Source of the DNA: Amoebidium appalachense
Taxonomy: Eukaryota > Protista > Ichthyosporea
Direction: 5' to 3'
DNA: 64,000 bases
Assembly: GCA_963693365.1 (NCBI GenBank)
Contig: CAVNZM010000002.1
Span: 1,935,759 to 1,999,758, forward strand
The notes beneath the pieces were generated by a model that saw only the letters and a program-made list of their open reading frames with translations, was not told the origin of the DNA and ran no database searches. Made by a program: the position numbers and the translations under genes. Shown here in pieces: positions 27,355 to 41,595 of the stretch. Position 1 is the first letter of the stretch. Every line of letters starts with the position of its first letter.

Positions 27355-28755
27355 GCTGACCGGCGTAGGGAGAGATAGGGAGAATGAAAAGGAGTGAAAA
27401 GGAATATATAGCTGTAAGGCTGTGGATGCTAAACACAGAAGATGTGTTTGTAGCTTGCTGATCTGCTAAAAAACTGTCGTGCTTATATACCTAAGCCTAC
27501 CGATCTGAACCAATCAAAATCGATCTAGTGATATGTGAAATCTGATCCGAGCCAATCATAACTCGGTCTAGTGATCTGTGGTATCTGATGTTTTGACTGG
27601 CTAATAGGTGCCCGTGTGCGGGCAGCCAACCGCTAACTGCTAAAACACGAAATGAAGCCTACATGGTTATGTTGGTATCGAACACCCATCCTACGTGTTT
27701 ACCCAGAAAAATATTTATGTCAATAATTTCCACAAATAAAACCCATACGCTCTCGATAGAGCTCAAGTGTGTCGCACACACGTTGTTTGCATTTTTGCTA
27801 CCAAAAATGGTGCGCAGTTCGATTCTGTGTGTGACACAGGGACGCACGAATGGGCGTTTATGTCCACCACACATTTTTGGGTCAGCGGTGAAATGGGATC
27901 GGTAGCCAATCAACTGAGAGAGCCAATTACATGGCTGCATGTCCCTAATTGGTTCGCATGCCCAACCAATGGCAGAGAGCCCTGTGAGCACCGGTACATT
28001 CGGATCTACATAATATAATAGCGTATAATAAAATTAGTCCAAAAACAAAAAAAGGTTTTCTTTGTCACAACGTAGCCACGAACAAAAAAGAATGCACTAC
28101 TGGAGTGCCTTTCACTTATAACAACCAACCCTGCAATACGTATTCAATGACATTGGCGATGATGGTAACTTCCACGTATATGCCATGTACTGTCCGCCGA
28201 TGCCAAACTCATTCGTGATTTATGAATAGGCTAGTAGTCATGATCGATGGCTTAGTGAGTCGATTGCTCCAACCTTCATTTCAGCACAAAGAAAGTGAAT
28301 TATATACCTAATAAAATCTTACCAACCTCATTGCGAGCGCGTTCGTGAAACGCAGTGGTTAAGAAAAAAACTTGAACGAAGATACTTTGTACAGTTCTGA
28401 TATTTACGGAATTTTAGTTGGCCATGGATCATGCGAGCATTTTATCCTGTACCCAATTACAATTCCCCCATGCCTATGTAACCTATATGCATGGCCAACT
28501 CTGAAATCCATCGCCACTGTGACGACACTGTCTCTGTCACAGACCCTAACAGACTTCTAAAGACTTCTGTGTTAGACACGTACAATATACGTAGAATAAC
28601 AAAATGGCAGCAGCCGCGGCCGGTCAGCCTGGCCACATTCCTTTAAGGTCATATTTGTTATTGCAAGAAGTACCGGCCATCAAACAAGTGGACGTTGCGA
28701 TACATGGTGGAAGTTATGATTGCCAGGATTGCAGAACTACCTATACTGGAGGAGA

Positions 28756-30604
28756 GGGAGGACTCGTTGATGATGGTGCCCACGGGAATAGGGGTGGCCT
28801 TAGGCTTGGCATCGATCAGGTTGAAGTCGGTGATGATGTCCTTGATGTAGGAGGACTGCAGCAGCTTGAGGGAGTCACGGGTGTACAGCAGTTGGGTGCC
28901 AAGGAAGATGTCTGGCAGACCGACCTTGCACTCGGCAGACTTCGTGATGTGACGAACAAGCTCCTGCATGATGGTGGAGTGCCGTGTGCAGGTGATGATG
29001 GCATCATCAACGTAGTTGCCCGAACGGATGATGTGCCCGTTGGGGAACCGACGGAAGTAGACACACGGATCGGAACGGAGACGGGTGGGCAATGAGAATG
29101 GAGTTGAAGAACTCGTACCATGCCAGGGATGCCTGCTTGAGTCCGTAGATGGCCTTCTTGAGTTTCCAGACTTTGTGTTCATTGCCAGGGAGGATAAAAC
29201 CAGGAGGTTGCTCCATGTACAAAGTCTCGTCGAGGGGGCTGTTGAGGAAGGCCGTGCTGATGTCGAGTTGATGGATCTCGTGGTCCTGTTGCACACCGAG
29301 GGCAAGCAGGGCACGGACGGAGGAGGACATGACGACGGGGGAAGAGTTGTCACCGTAGTCAACACCGTAGACTTGGGTGAAACCCTTGGCCACACCACGA
29401 CCCTTGATCTTGGTGTCACCAGCAGAGTTGAGGACCTTCTCCGTGACAATCCACTTGAATCGGATGATGTTGGCATCGGAGGGGGGCTCAACTACGTCGA
29501 AGATGTCCTTGTCGATGAAAGCCTTGTACTCGGCAGTGAGGGCAGTCACCACTTCATCACCCTTGGTGCCGGAGCACAGCTTCTGAATTGACCGGGGCAG
29601 CTGAGACACATCAAGGCTGGGTCGGGAGATGCTCACCATAGCCATGGCAGGCCGGGAGGAGAGACGGGAGGAACGACGGGGGACGGTACGGAGGGGCTCA
29701 GGGGCCGGGGGGGTGTCTGGGACAGACACTCGGTGGTCGGGGATGGGGGCCTGGAAGCCAGGGATGGGTGCCGTGTTGAGGGGGGAGTCGGATAACACGG
29801 GGCTGGACGGGGCCGAGTGGAACTCCGGAGACCCAGGACGAACCGGGGTGAGATGACCAGGTACGTGGTCATTGACGGCAGGGGCCGGCAGCAGGGGTTG
29901 CTGGCCGGTGGGGGGGGGGGGGGGGGTGGGTGGAGCCACGGGGGCAGGTACACGACGGGGGGAACGACGGATAATCACCGACGGAATTTCATCGTCATCG
30001 GAATTGGAATTTCCGGAATGCAGGGATGGATCGATTGAGGTCGTCTGATTGGTGGCCTGCACAGAAATCTGATTGGATGCCGTGGTGAATTGTGATTCGT
30101 CGAAGACGACATCGCGGTAGAGGTTGACCGTGTTGCCACGTAGATTCATGATCTTGTGGGCTTTGTTGGTGATATCCCAGCCCACGTAGGTGCCGAGTTT
30201 GACGGTAGAGGCCAACTTGTCTCGTTTGGATGCAGGGACGTGTACATAGGCTGGGCAGCCGAATACGTGCAGGTGGGAGATGTCAGGCTTGACACCGTAG
30301 AAAATTTCAAACGGTGTACGGCCATTGGCAGCTCTGGCCGGGGTCACGTTGATTATGTAGGCAGCATGCTTGAGAGCAGCTCCCCACAGCTTGGGGGAAA
30401 GGGAGTCGGCCTTGTCCTGATGAAGGAAGCACCGAACGATCTCCTGCAGATCCCTCATCTTACGTTCAACGAAGCCGTTGAGTTGGGGACCGTCAACCGG
30501 GGCAAATTCCTGTATGATGCCCTTGGACTGGCAGTACTGCTCCATAGCATGGGAGGTGAACTCGGACCCAGAGTCTGAACGGAAGTGGCTCACCACCTTG
30601 TCGG
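28756..30604 (-). pseudogene. Copia A2, 3' part (IN core to mid-RT), truncated
   Basis: Near-identical to A1 ~4046-5897, with an 8-bp deletion frameshift near 29085. Starts at TSD CCGAC (30600-30604). Confidence 0.93.
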
Positions 30605-31529
30605 TGTTAAATTGTATAAGTATTTGGGATGTAAGCAGAGACACAGTGGTGCAGTGTGAAAACACCACAGACACACACAACAACAAAACACGGAACGATC
30701 GGAGCAGTGTACACAACAGACATCAATGTTTAGACACGACTGAACTGAATTTATTCTGATCTTCGAATAAATACCTGAAATTCCTCTAAGTCCAATCCAT
30801 ATATGATTTCCGACCTGTCGGAAATCAGATCTATCTCTAATAGAAACCAATCACTAAGAACCAATTGCTTTCAGAGAGATCCGGTACGCGGAGACGCACA
30901 CGATAGGACACAGACACTAGTTAAGGTCAACTCGTGTCATCGTCAAGGAAGTTCTAACCTATGACATACTGCAAAGACTCAGACATATCACACTTAAGCT
31001 TGATGATTGGTTAAAGCCCGGCAACACATGAAAACTAAAGTAAATTAATGAAGTCTAAACACACATGCTATTCTAAGTGTAGCCTAAGTGTGTTACCGTC
31101 CAATGAACACGTATTAAGTAACACAAATCTACCTAACATATATTAGTAGAAAAGAAATACGATTATACACATGAAGACAAAGAGAGAAAGAAAAGAAAAT
31201 AAGGAAGGAGAAAGAGGAAGGAAAAGAGAGCACAGATCAACAAACAAGATAGCAATAGCATAACTATAACCAGAGATATTTATGTACACACAAACATGTA
31301 CACGTCTCTCCCTGAGTGGGTGGATCCGTGTACACACATACAAATAATCTAATTGATATTACAACACACGATTAAAGCCGATACAACACGATTACAAGTA
31401 TACAAGCATATCGGAGATCGATGCTACACTTTACATAATAGGAGTGTGGCATTTACACTAAGCATATGAACTGAAACATAACACAAACTGAGAAGATCTT
31501 ACCATATGTAAATACTACGTATTACAACA
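30605..31529 (-). repeat. 3' LTR of copia B1 (925 bp)
   Basis: TGTTGTAATACG...AATTTAACA on the minus strand, preceded by PPT AAGTGGGGA and followed by CCGAC. Confidence 0.95.
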
Positions 31530-31964
31530 TCCCCACTTAAGACTTTGAAGTTTGTGTTATCATATCCCCACTGAACTAGTGAAATATCTCCCCACTTGAG
31601 AACAGAAACGGAAAAAAAAAATTAAAGTGTGTACTTTTCCGGGGGGGGGGGGGGGGGGGGGGGGAGAAAGGGGGGGGGGGGGGGGGGAAGGGGGGGGGGG
31701 GAAGGGAGGGGGGGGGGAGGGGGGGGGGAAGGGGGGGGGGGGGAAGGAACCGGGGCAAAAACAACGAATATGTATAACGTGTATAGTCGGGGTTTGATTA
31801 ACTGGGTTTTAAACCAGTGAAAGATAGAGTAGAGTCATGGTACAGGTCAAACCTTATATATAAACCCTAAGTGGGCATACCCACAAAGGCAATATACATA
31901 TGAAATAATGATTATGATAAAGTAAGTAGTAAACATTAGAAAATCACTCTTGAAGTAGGACGGG

Positions 31965-33756
31965 TCAATCCACAATATCCGGCAAACAAAGTTTAGCACG
32001 ATGGTTGACATGACTCGGGCCGGGGAGGGGTTTGGTGAGGATGTCAGCTAAGTTGTGGGCTGATTCAACGTAGTGGACAACCACATCCCCACTTGCAATG
32101 TAGTCCTTGGTGTTGTGATACCGGACGGCAATGTGTTTGGTACGGTGCTTGATGCCGGTGGAGTTGACGATGGCAATGGTCGACTGGTTGTCACAGTACA
32201 CCGGAGTCGGAGCAAGCATGGGGCAGCCGAGTTCCTTGAAGAGGTCACGGACCCAAGCAACTTCTTGGGTGCCAGCATTGAGAGCAATCAGCTCAGCTTC
32301 AGTGGTGCTGGTGGCCGTGATGGGCTGGAGCTTGGAGTACCAGATGATGGGCATACCAGCAAACTCGATGATGTTGCCGGTGGTAGACTTCTTGCTGTCG
32401 GCACAACCAGCAAAGTCAGCATCCGTGTAGCATTCGAGTATGGGGGGCTGGGTGGCCGAGTACTTGTAGTCAATACCAAGGTCAATGGTGCCGAGCAGGT
32501 ACCGGGCCACACGACGGAGAAGGTCCCAGTGAGTCTTGCCGGGGTTGGTGCTGAACCGACCAAGGAAGCCGATGGCATAGGCAATGTCGGGACGTGTGCA
32601 CCGTGCCACCCAGAGGAGACGGCCGAGTAACTCACGGTAGGGCACGGTGAACGGTTGGGGGGGGCAGTCAGCCAGGGAGACGGTGGTGCCTGCAGGGATG
32701 GGGGTAGACTTGGACTTGGCATCGGTGAGGTTGAAGTCGTGGATGATATCCATGATGTAAGACCTCTGGTGCATGTGGAGGTGATGGGGATCAGAGTGAT
32801 TAAAATCAACACCGAGCAAACGGTCAAATGGACTCATACGACAGCTGGCCATCTTGCTGATGTGGGCAGCCAGGTCACTGGCAGCAGTAGAACCCCGGGT
32901 GTTGGTGATGGTGGAGTCGTCGACGTAGTTACCAGCCCGAACCACATCGTTGTTGGGGAAGAACCGGAGGTAGATGCACGGGTCGGTCTTAGTACGGGTC
33001 AGGCCATGGGCAAGAAGAATGCCGTCGAGGAAGTCGTACCAAGCCTTGGAGGCTTGCTTGAGGCCGTACAGGGCTTTCTTGAGTCTCCAGACCTTGCCAA
33101 GTGTAGCCATGGTGATGAATCCCGGGGGTTGTTTCATGTAGATGGTCTCGGTGAGTGGGCTGTTGAGAAAGGCCGTAGACACGTAGAGTTGATGGATGTC
33201 ATGACCTTCAACAACGGCCAGAGCTAGGATAGCACGGAGAGCAGCCGGACGGATGACAGGGCTCTCAATCAACTCATAGTCAACACCGTATTGCTGACTG
33301 AAGCCTTGAGCAACACCACGTGCCTTGATCTTGGTGTCACCAGCCGAGTTAAGAGTTTTCTCGGAGACAATCCACTTGAAGCCGACGATGTTAGCACCAG
33401 GGGGAGGGTCAACAAGTTCAAAGATGTCTTTGTCGACAAAGGCTTGATACTCAGCAGTGAGGGCTGACTTGACCTGGTCACCATTGGGTCCGGAACACAG
33501 TTGACGGACAAGTTTGGGTAGTTGGTTGATGTTGATGGGGGGACCGGGGGGGACTGGGAGGGTGGTGGTGGCTTGAAGTCCAACCTTGCCCTGTAGACGG
33601 GCAGAACGACGGGGTGCAGGAACCGGGGGAGGTGGAGACGGGGGGGGGGGGAACTTGGAAGTTCGGAATTGCAGGGGGGGCAACCTCCGGGCTGGACGGG
33701 GCCGAGTGGAAGTTGTCGGGGGAGCCGGGTCGGATGGGTGTGACGTTGCCAGGGGC
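31965..33756 (-). pseudogene. Copia B1 RT-RNase H region
   Basis: KARGVAQGF, NYVDD, YTDADFAG, ADILTK. The motif-A catalytic Asp is replaced (QLYVSTAFLN vs QLDISTAFLN in A). Confidence 0.92.
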
Positions 33757-36700
33757 TGTGAAATTGTATAAGTATTTGGGATGAAAGTAGAGACACAGTG
33801 GTGCAGTGTGAAAACACCACAGACACATACAACAACAAAACACGGAACGATCGGAGCAGTGTACACAACAGACATCAATGTTTAGACACGACTGAACTGA
33901 ATTTATTCTGATCTTCGAATAAATACCTGAAATTCCTCTAAGTCCAATCCATACATGATTTCCGACCAGTCGGAAATCAGATCTATCTCTAATAGAAACC
34001 AATCACTAAGAACCAATTGCTTTCAGAGAGATCCGGTATGCGGAGACGTACACGATAGGACACAGACACTAGTTAAGATCAACTCGTGTCATCATCAAGG
34101 AAGTTCTAACCTATGACATACTGCAAAGACTCAGACATATCACACTTAACCTTGATGATTGGTTAAAGCCCGGCAACACATGAAAACTAAAGTGAATTAA
34201 TGAAGTCTAAACACACATGCTATTCTAAGTGTAGCCTAAGTGTGTTACCTTCCAATGAACACGTATTAAGTAACACAAATCTACCTAACATATATTAGTA
34301 GAAAAGAAATACGATTATACACATGAAGACAAGGAGAGAAAGAAAAGAAAATAAGGAAGGAGAAAGAGAAAGGAAAAGAGAGCACAGATCAACAAACAAG
34401 ATAGTAATAGCATAACTATAACCAGAGATATTTATGTACACACGAACATGTACACGTCTCTCCCTGAGTGCCAGGGTGGATCCGTGTACACACAAATAAA
34501 TATTCTAATCGATATCACAATACACGATTAAAGCCGATACAACACGATTACAAGTATACAAGCATATCGGAGATCGATGCTACACTTTACATAATAGGAG
34601 TGTGGCATTTACACTAAGCATATGAACTGAAACATAACACAAACTGAGAAGATCTTACCATATGTAAATACTACGTATTACAACATCCCCACTTAAGACT
34701 TTGAAGTTTGTGTTATCATATCCCCACTGAACTAGTGAAATCTCCCCACTTGAGAACAGAAACGAAAAAAAAAAATTAAAGTGTGTACTTTTCCGGGGGG
34801 GGGGGGGGGGAAGGGGGGGGGGGGGAAAGGGGGGGGGGGGGGGAGAAGGGGGGGGGAGGGGGGGAGGGGGGAGGGGGGGATGGGGGGGGGGGGGGAACAA
34901 CAGCAAAGGAAGGAAAACAACCAAGGAAGAAAATAAAATATGCAGGTGAAGGTATAATATATATATTAACGGGAGCCAGCCGTGGAAACATTAACCTATG
35001 TGTTGTGACTCAGTGGGACTGGGAGTCGGCCAGTATTTGCAAAGGTGGCTAGCCTCAGGTGTATATGTGTTGTGCTAATCGATGAACCCTTAAAGTGGGC
35101 AAACCCCACTTAAGGCAAAAAAAAATACATATACAGAATCGTAGTAGTAGACGTTCCAACTGGGAAGCAGTGTAGAGGAAGCTGCTGTCCAGGGCCCCAG
35201 GTGTAGTAGAAGACCACACGATGATCACTGCACAAGGTCGGGCACACAGAGTCGATCACGGTGAGTGACATGGCTGGGACCCGGCAGTGACTTGGTAAGG
35301 ATGTCAGCCAAGTTGTTGGCAGACTCGACGTAGTTGACGACAACATCCCCACTCAGGCTGGGGGGGGGAGGATAGGGGATGGGGGGTATCGAGGACGCAA
35401 ACGGTAGACAGGACAACGGGGGTCATGGCATTTGGATGCGGTGTGTCGAGGGTAGCCACACGTGGTGGGGCGACTGGTGGAGGGATTGATGACCAAGGAG
35501 GAGTAGACTTGTCGTAGTTTGGAATTCGCTGGAGGGGGCGTCGAGGGTGCTTGCTGCTCGGGGTGACTGGGAAAGCCCGAACAGGGAGGGGGGTAGGTCT
35601 TCACGGAATCTGGGTTGGGATGAGGCACGACGGAGGCAGGGTCAAGTGCAGGTAATTCCGGACGGAGGAGGTTAACTGGGTCGGATGCAGGGGCGTTGGA
35701 AACGGGGGAAGGCAGCACAGCAAGCTGGCTGGAAACGTGGATGGGAACGACTGGACCTGGCAGCATGTCTTGCTGGCCGGGGTCGGGTGGTAATGGGGGG
35801 AAAACAGCTGCAGGGGTAACTGTTGCCCGTGCAGAGCTGGTGGTAGCTGGGATCTCGACGAGGTTGGCCACGTGATGGGGGGAAACTGCTGCCGAAATGC
35901 AGGGCAGATCAATGGAATGTGAGGGGGCCATTGACAGTGACGGCACGGTAAGGGGAGACATGGCCGAAAACAGGGTTGGAAATCCTGGAAGGAAGCAGGC
36001 TGGACACGGTAAACGGTTCTGGAGGGACTCAGGGTCGGGACTCCTAGGGAGGAGGGAAGCACAAAGGGCTTGGACGGGGTGGAACACGGTAGACTGGAAA
36101 GAAGTACCGAATTTGGATACTTCAGATGGACTTGATGGATGATGGTCAAGTCGGATCGAGACGGGGTGTCAAATTATCGTCGATTGGAACGCAGACGGGG
36201 TGTGAAATTATATTCGAATGCGGGACGACGGGGTTCGAAATCGGATGGAATGGAATTTCGATGCAGGATCCTCAGGCCTGGGTAGACAGGGCGGCGCGGT
36301 TGAGACCACGTCGGTGAAGTGTCAAGGAACTTGGAGCGCGATTGCTGAACCAAGGGTGGAGGACGGTTTGGCGTGACGGAGAGAAACCAGGACGGAGCTG
36401 GAAGGAGTGCAAGCTGGAATTTGAACTTGCGAGGATGTCACGGTTGTCAAGGCGTGACAAAAGCTCTTGTCAAGATGAGTCAGATCTTGTCAAGAGGAGT
36501 CACGTGGGACCGGTTACGGACGGACGCCGGGGATGGATGTACACAGCCTCAGCACCAAGATGCATGAGGAGCTGACCACAGCTATGATGTGATGTGTACC
36601 AGGAATTTAACGATCGTTAGGTCTAGGTGTGTGTAGGGAGCGTGCATCTGGGCCCATAACCTGTTAAATTGTATAAGTATTTGGGATGAAAGTAGAGACA

Positions 36701-37583
36701 CAGTGGTGCAGTGTGAAAACACCACAGACACATACAACAACAAAACACGGAACGATCGGAGCAGTGTACACAACAGACATCAATGTTTAGACACGACTGA
36801 ACTGAATTTATTCTGATCTTCGAATAAATACCTGAAATTCCTCTAAGTCCAATCCATACATGATTTCCGACCAGTCGGAAATCAGATCTATCTCATAGAA
36901 ACCAATCACTAAGAACCAATTGCTTTCAGAGAGATCCGGTACGCGGAGACGTACACGATAGGACACAGACACTAGTTAAGATCAACTCGTGTCATCATCA
37001 AGGAAGTTCTAACCTATGACATACTGCAAAGACTCAGACATATCACACTTAACCTTGATGATTGGTTAAAGCCCGGCAACACATGAAAACTAAAGTGAAT
37101 TAATGAAGTCTAAACTCACATGCTATTCTAAGTGTAGCCTAAGTGTGTTACCGTCCAATGAACACGTATTAAGTAACACAAATCTACCTAACATATATTA
37201 GTAGAAAAGAAATACGATTATACACATGAAGACAAGGAGAGAAAGAAAAGAAAATAAGGAAGGAGAAAGAGAAAGGAAAAGAGAGCACAGATCAACAAAC
37301 AAGATAGTAATAGCATAACTATAACCAGAGATATTTATGTACACACGAACATTACACGTCTCTCCCTGAGTGGGTGGATCCGTGTACACACAAATAAATA
37401 TTCTAATCGATATCACAATACACGATTAAAGCCGATACAACACGATTACAAGTATACAAGCATATCGGAGATCGATGCTACACTTTACACAATAGGAGTG
37501 TGGCATTTACACTAAGCATATGAACTGAAACATAACACAAACTGAGAAGATCTTACCATATGTAAATACTACGTATTACAACA
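33757..37583 (-). mobile_element. Non-autonomous copia B2 nested in B1
   Basis: LTRs 36662-37583 and 33757-34685; TSD GCCCC (37584-37588, 33752-33756); PBS GGTTATGGGCCCAG (36648-36661); PPT present. The internal region keeps only the last ~41 codons of RNase H (35225-35352). Confidence 0.93.
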
Positions 37584-37955
37584 GGGGCAGGATGAGGGTC
37601 GGCAGGCTGGACGGGCACGGGGGCAGGGGGGCCGGTGGGGGGGGGTGTCGGGGGAACGACGATGGCAGGAGGGGGGCCAGAGTACACCAGACAAACATCA
37701 TCTTCAGTGTCAACTGTGGGGGTTGGGGTGGTCGAGGGAGCAGTGGTGTCGGGGGTCGGAAGTGTTGATGGAATGTCGGACGGGAGATAAGCTGATTCGT
37801 CGAAAATCACATCACGGAAGAGGCCGACACGATGGGTGGTGGGATTGAAGATCCGGTGGCAGTGTGATTGAAGATCATAGCCGATATACATGCCGAGTTT
37901 GACGGTGGGGGCTAGCTTGTTCCGTTTAGAGGCTGGCACATGAGTGTAGGCAGGC
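37584..37955 (-). pseudogene. Copia B1 integrase C-terminal fragment
   Basis: PAYTHVPASKRNKL...GYD...RDVIFDE; continues across B2 into 33756 and ends abruptly at the satellite. Confidence 0.9.
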
Positions 37956-40070
37956 AACACAACATTGTAGCTCGTATAGAACCCCCCTTGTAGCATAGTA
38001 TATGTACATATGTTACCTAGAATAGTATTGGTTTTTCAATAACTACCCACAGAACAGCCTCTAGCACGAGAGATTTACCACAACGTTTATGGGGTGGATG
38101 GTGAATGTGCCCCTGGAGTACGAGGGTCACACGAAAAAAACACAACATTGTAGCTCGAATAGAACCCCCCTTGTAGCATAGTATAAGTACATGTGTTACC
38201 TAGACATTATTCGTTTTTTCAATAACTACCCACAGAACAGCTTCTAGCACGAGAGCTTTACCACACAGTTTATGGGGGGGATGGTGAATGTGCCCCTGGA
38301 GTACGAGGGTCACACGAAAAAAACACAACGTTGTAGCTCGTATAGAACCCCCCTTGTAGCATAGTATATGTACATAGTATGTTACCTAGACATTATTGGT
38401 TTTTTCAATAACTACCCACAGAACAGCTTCTAGCACGAGAAATTTACCACAAAGTTTATGGGGGGGATGGTGAATGTGCCCCTGGAGTACGAGGGTCACA
38501 CGAAAAAAACACAATGTTGTAGCTCGAATAGACCCCCCTTGTAGCATAGTATATGTCCATGTGTTACCTAGACATTATTGGTTTTTTCAATAACTACCCA
38601 CAGAACAACTTCTAGCACGAGACATTTACCACAAAGTTTATGGGGGGGATGGTGAATGTGCCCCTGGAGTACAAGGGTCACACGAAAAAAACACAACGTT
38701 GTAGCTCGTATAGAACCCCCCTTGTAGCATAGTATATGTCCATGTGTTACCTAGACATTATTGGTTTTTTCAATACCTACCCACAGAACAGCTTCTAGCA
38801 CGAGACATTTACCACAAAGTTTATGGGGGGGATGGTGAATGTGCCCCTGGAGTACAAGGGTCACACGAAAAAAACACAACGTTGTAGCTCGTATAGAACC
38901 CCCCTTGTAGCATAGTATAAGTACATGTGTTACCTAGACATTATTCGTTTTTTCAATAACTACCCACAGAACAGCTTCTAGCACGAGAGCTTTACCACAA
39001 AGTTTATGGGGGGGATGGTGAATGTGCCCCTGGAGTACGAGGGTCACACGAAAAAAACACAACGTTGTAGCTCGTATAGAACCCCCCTTGTAGCATAGTA
39101 TATGTACATAGTATGTTACCTAGACATTATTGGTTTTTTCAATAACTACCCACAGAACAGCTTCTAGCACGAGAAATTTACCACAAAGTTTATGGGGGGA
39201 ATGGAGAATGTGCCCCTGGAGTACGAGGGTCACACGAAAAAAACACAATGTTGTAGCTCGAATAGACCCCCCTTGTAGCATAGTATATGTCCATGTGTTA
39301 CCTAGACATTATTGGTTTTTTCAATAACTACCCACAGAACAACTTCTAGCACGAGACATTTACCACAAAGTTTATGGGGGGGATGGTGAATGTGCCCCTG
39401 GAGTACAAGGGTCACACGAAAAAAACACAACGTTGTAGCTCGTATAGAACCCCCCTTGTAGCATAGTATATGTCCATGTGTTACCTAGACATTATTGGTT
39501 TTTTCAATACCTACCCACAGAACAGCTTCTAGCACGAGACATTTACCACAAAGTTTATGGGGGGGATGGTGAATGTGCCCCTGGAGTACAAGGGTCACAC
39601 GAAAAAAACACAACGTTGTAGCTCGTATAGAACCCCCCTTGTAGCATAGTATATGTACATATGTTACCTAGACATTATTGGTTTTTCAATAACTACCCAC
39701 AGAACAGCCTCTAGCACGAGAGATTTACCTCAAAGTTTATGGGGGGGATGGAGAATGTGCCCCTGGAGTACGAGGGTCACACAAAAAAAACACAACATTG
39801 TAGCTCGAATAGAACCCCCCTTGTAGCATAGCATATGTACATGTGTTACCTAGACATTATTCGTTTTTTCAATAACTACCCACAGAACAGCTTCTAGCAC
39901 GAGAAAGTTACCACAAAGTTTATGGGGGGGATGGTGAATGTGCCCCTGGAGTACGAGGGTCACACGAAAAAAACACAACGTTGTAGCTCGTATAGAACCC
40001 CCTTTGTAGCATAGTATATGTACATAGTATGTTACCTAGACATTATTGGTTTTTTCAATAACTACCCACA
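37956..40070 (+). repeat. ~183-bp tandem satellite, ~11.6 monomers
   Basis: Monomer starts near 37957, 38140, 38323, 38508, 38691, 38874, 39057, 39243, 39425, 39608, 39790, 39973. Confidence 0.97.
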
Positions 40071-40183
40071 TGCGGCATGTGTTACTTTCACGTTATTGGT
40101 TTCCTAGCACGGGATATTCAGCACACAGTTGGGGATGTGGGGGCAGTGTACACCTCAATATTGGTAAGGTGGTGGTGGGTGGG

Positions 40184-40223
<40 letters not shown>

Positions 40224-40686
40224 CCACACAACCGAAACTGTCGGTGTTACAAATGGTTCGGTCTTAGGAAGTTAGAACGGTGATTTTTTAATTAATAGCG
40301 GGAAACAATGTTATCCCCATTGCATATGGGGGGAACGAGGAGGGGGGGGGGGGGGGAGGGGGGGGGGGGGGTTTCACAACGAATTCTATCGACTGTGCAT
40401 AATTAATGTATATTGCACATGTAGCCTGAAAGATTAAAGTGAATGTGTGTATGTATATGTGCGAGTATATTTGTGTATGCAATACATGTACAATGTTTTC
40501 GTCTTTGTAGGTGGGTGGGTGGGGTGGGTGGGGGGGGGGGGGGGGGGGGGGGGGGGTGCGCGGGGGGGAAGAGGGAGGGGGGAGGGGGCATCATGATCAG
40601 GGATAACAGGGTGTGTGCGTGTGTGCGCTTGTGTGTGCATGTGCTGTGTGCGCCTGTGTGTGTGTGCGTGCCTGTGTGTGCGCGCC

Positions 40687-40718
<32 letters not shown>

Positions 40719-41399
40719 GTGCATGTGTGAGTGTGTGTGCGTGCGCGCGCGCGTGCGCGCGCGCGTGTGTGTGTGTGTGTGTGTGTGTGTGATTTCAAAG
40801 AAGTCGAAAGCGCCAGTGACACCCATGTTGAAAAAAAGACAAGCAAGCACGCTAAGAAGGACAGCAAGAAGTAACAGAAACCCTTTCATGCCGAAAAAAT
40901 GGTCAAGAACAAAGAAGTGGAGGACACGTAACTATAGTCTGATAGTTGTGACTAAGGGCACTAAGGGTAGCGCTAAGGGCACCAAGCTGATGCATGCGCG
41001 CGCGCGAGCCGAAATCTATTTTTATCTTTTTCCTAATCGGGCGCGGCGAATAGTGATTGGCTAAATCCCAATCCGGTTTGCAATTTTTTCTCCATTTAAG
41101 CCTGTACGCACGTTGTTTGCTCCATTTCTCTTCCCCCCTTCCCGCAGGTTCGCAGGTCCTTTCCCGCAGGTCGCCTGGTCGCAGGTCCCTTCCCGCATGT
41201 CGCCTGGTCGCAGTTCGGTTTTATTTGTGGAAATTATTGACATAAATATTTTTCTGGGTAAACACGTAGGATGGGTGTTCGATACCAACATAACCATGTA
41301 GGCTTCATTTCGTGTTTTAGCAGTTAGCGGTTGGCTGCCCGCACACGGGCACCTATTAGCCAGTCAAAACATCAGATACCACAGATCACTAGACCGAGT

Positions 41400-41480
41400 T
41401 ATGATTGGCTCGGATCAGATTTCACATATCACTAGATCGATTTTTGATTGGCTCAGATCGGTAGGCTTAGGTATATAAGC
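41400..41480 (+). promoter_or_regulatory. Putative promoter within the Ngaro A repeat
   Basis: Two reverse CCAAT boxes (GATTGGCTC) and TATATAAG at 41472-41479, ~120 bp upstream of the gag ATG. Confidence 0.55.
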
Positions 41481-41595
41481 ACGACAGTTTTTAGCAGATC
41501 AGCAAGCTACAAACACATCTTCTGTGTTTAGCATCCACAGCCTTACAGCTGTATATTCCTTTTCATTCTCCCTATCTTTCCCTACGCCGGTCAGC

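Larger units (their letters stand above)
22292..27743 (-). mobile_element. Ngaro-type (DIRS order) tyrosine-recombinase retrotransposon, copy N1
   Basis: Split direct repeats A1 27394-27743, B1 22861-22950, A2 22511-22860, B2 22292-22381. Encodes gag, RT/RH and YR; no methyltransferase domain seen. No TSD against the empty site in the left arm. Confidence 0.93.

Noticed and set aside
28410-28755. Possible gene or hAT-like fragment between the palindrome and A2
   Set aside because: Too short and no convincing motif.
29007-33878. 569-aa and 637-aa ORFs with hydrophobic N-termini as novel LTR-pol fusion genes
   Set aside because: The N-termini are chance read-through from LTR B with non-ATG starts. 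The downstream RTs are frameshifted (A2) or catalytically mutated (B1).
37956-40070. CRISPR-like array
   Set aside because: The monomers are contiguous with no unique spacers, there are no cas genes, and the context is eukaryotic.
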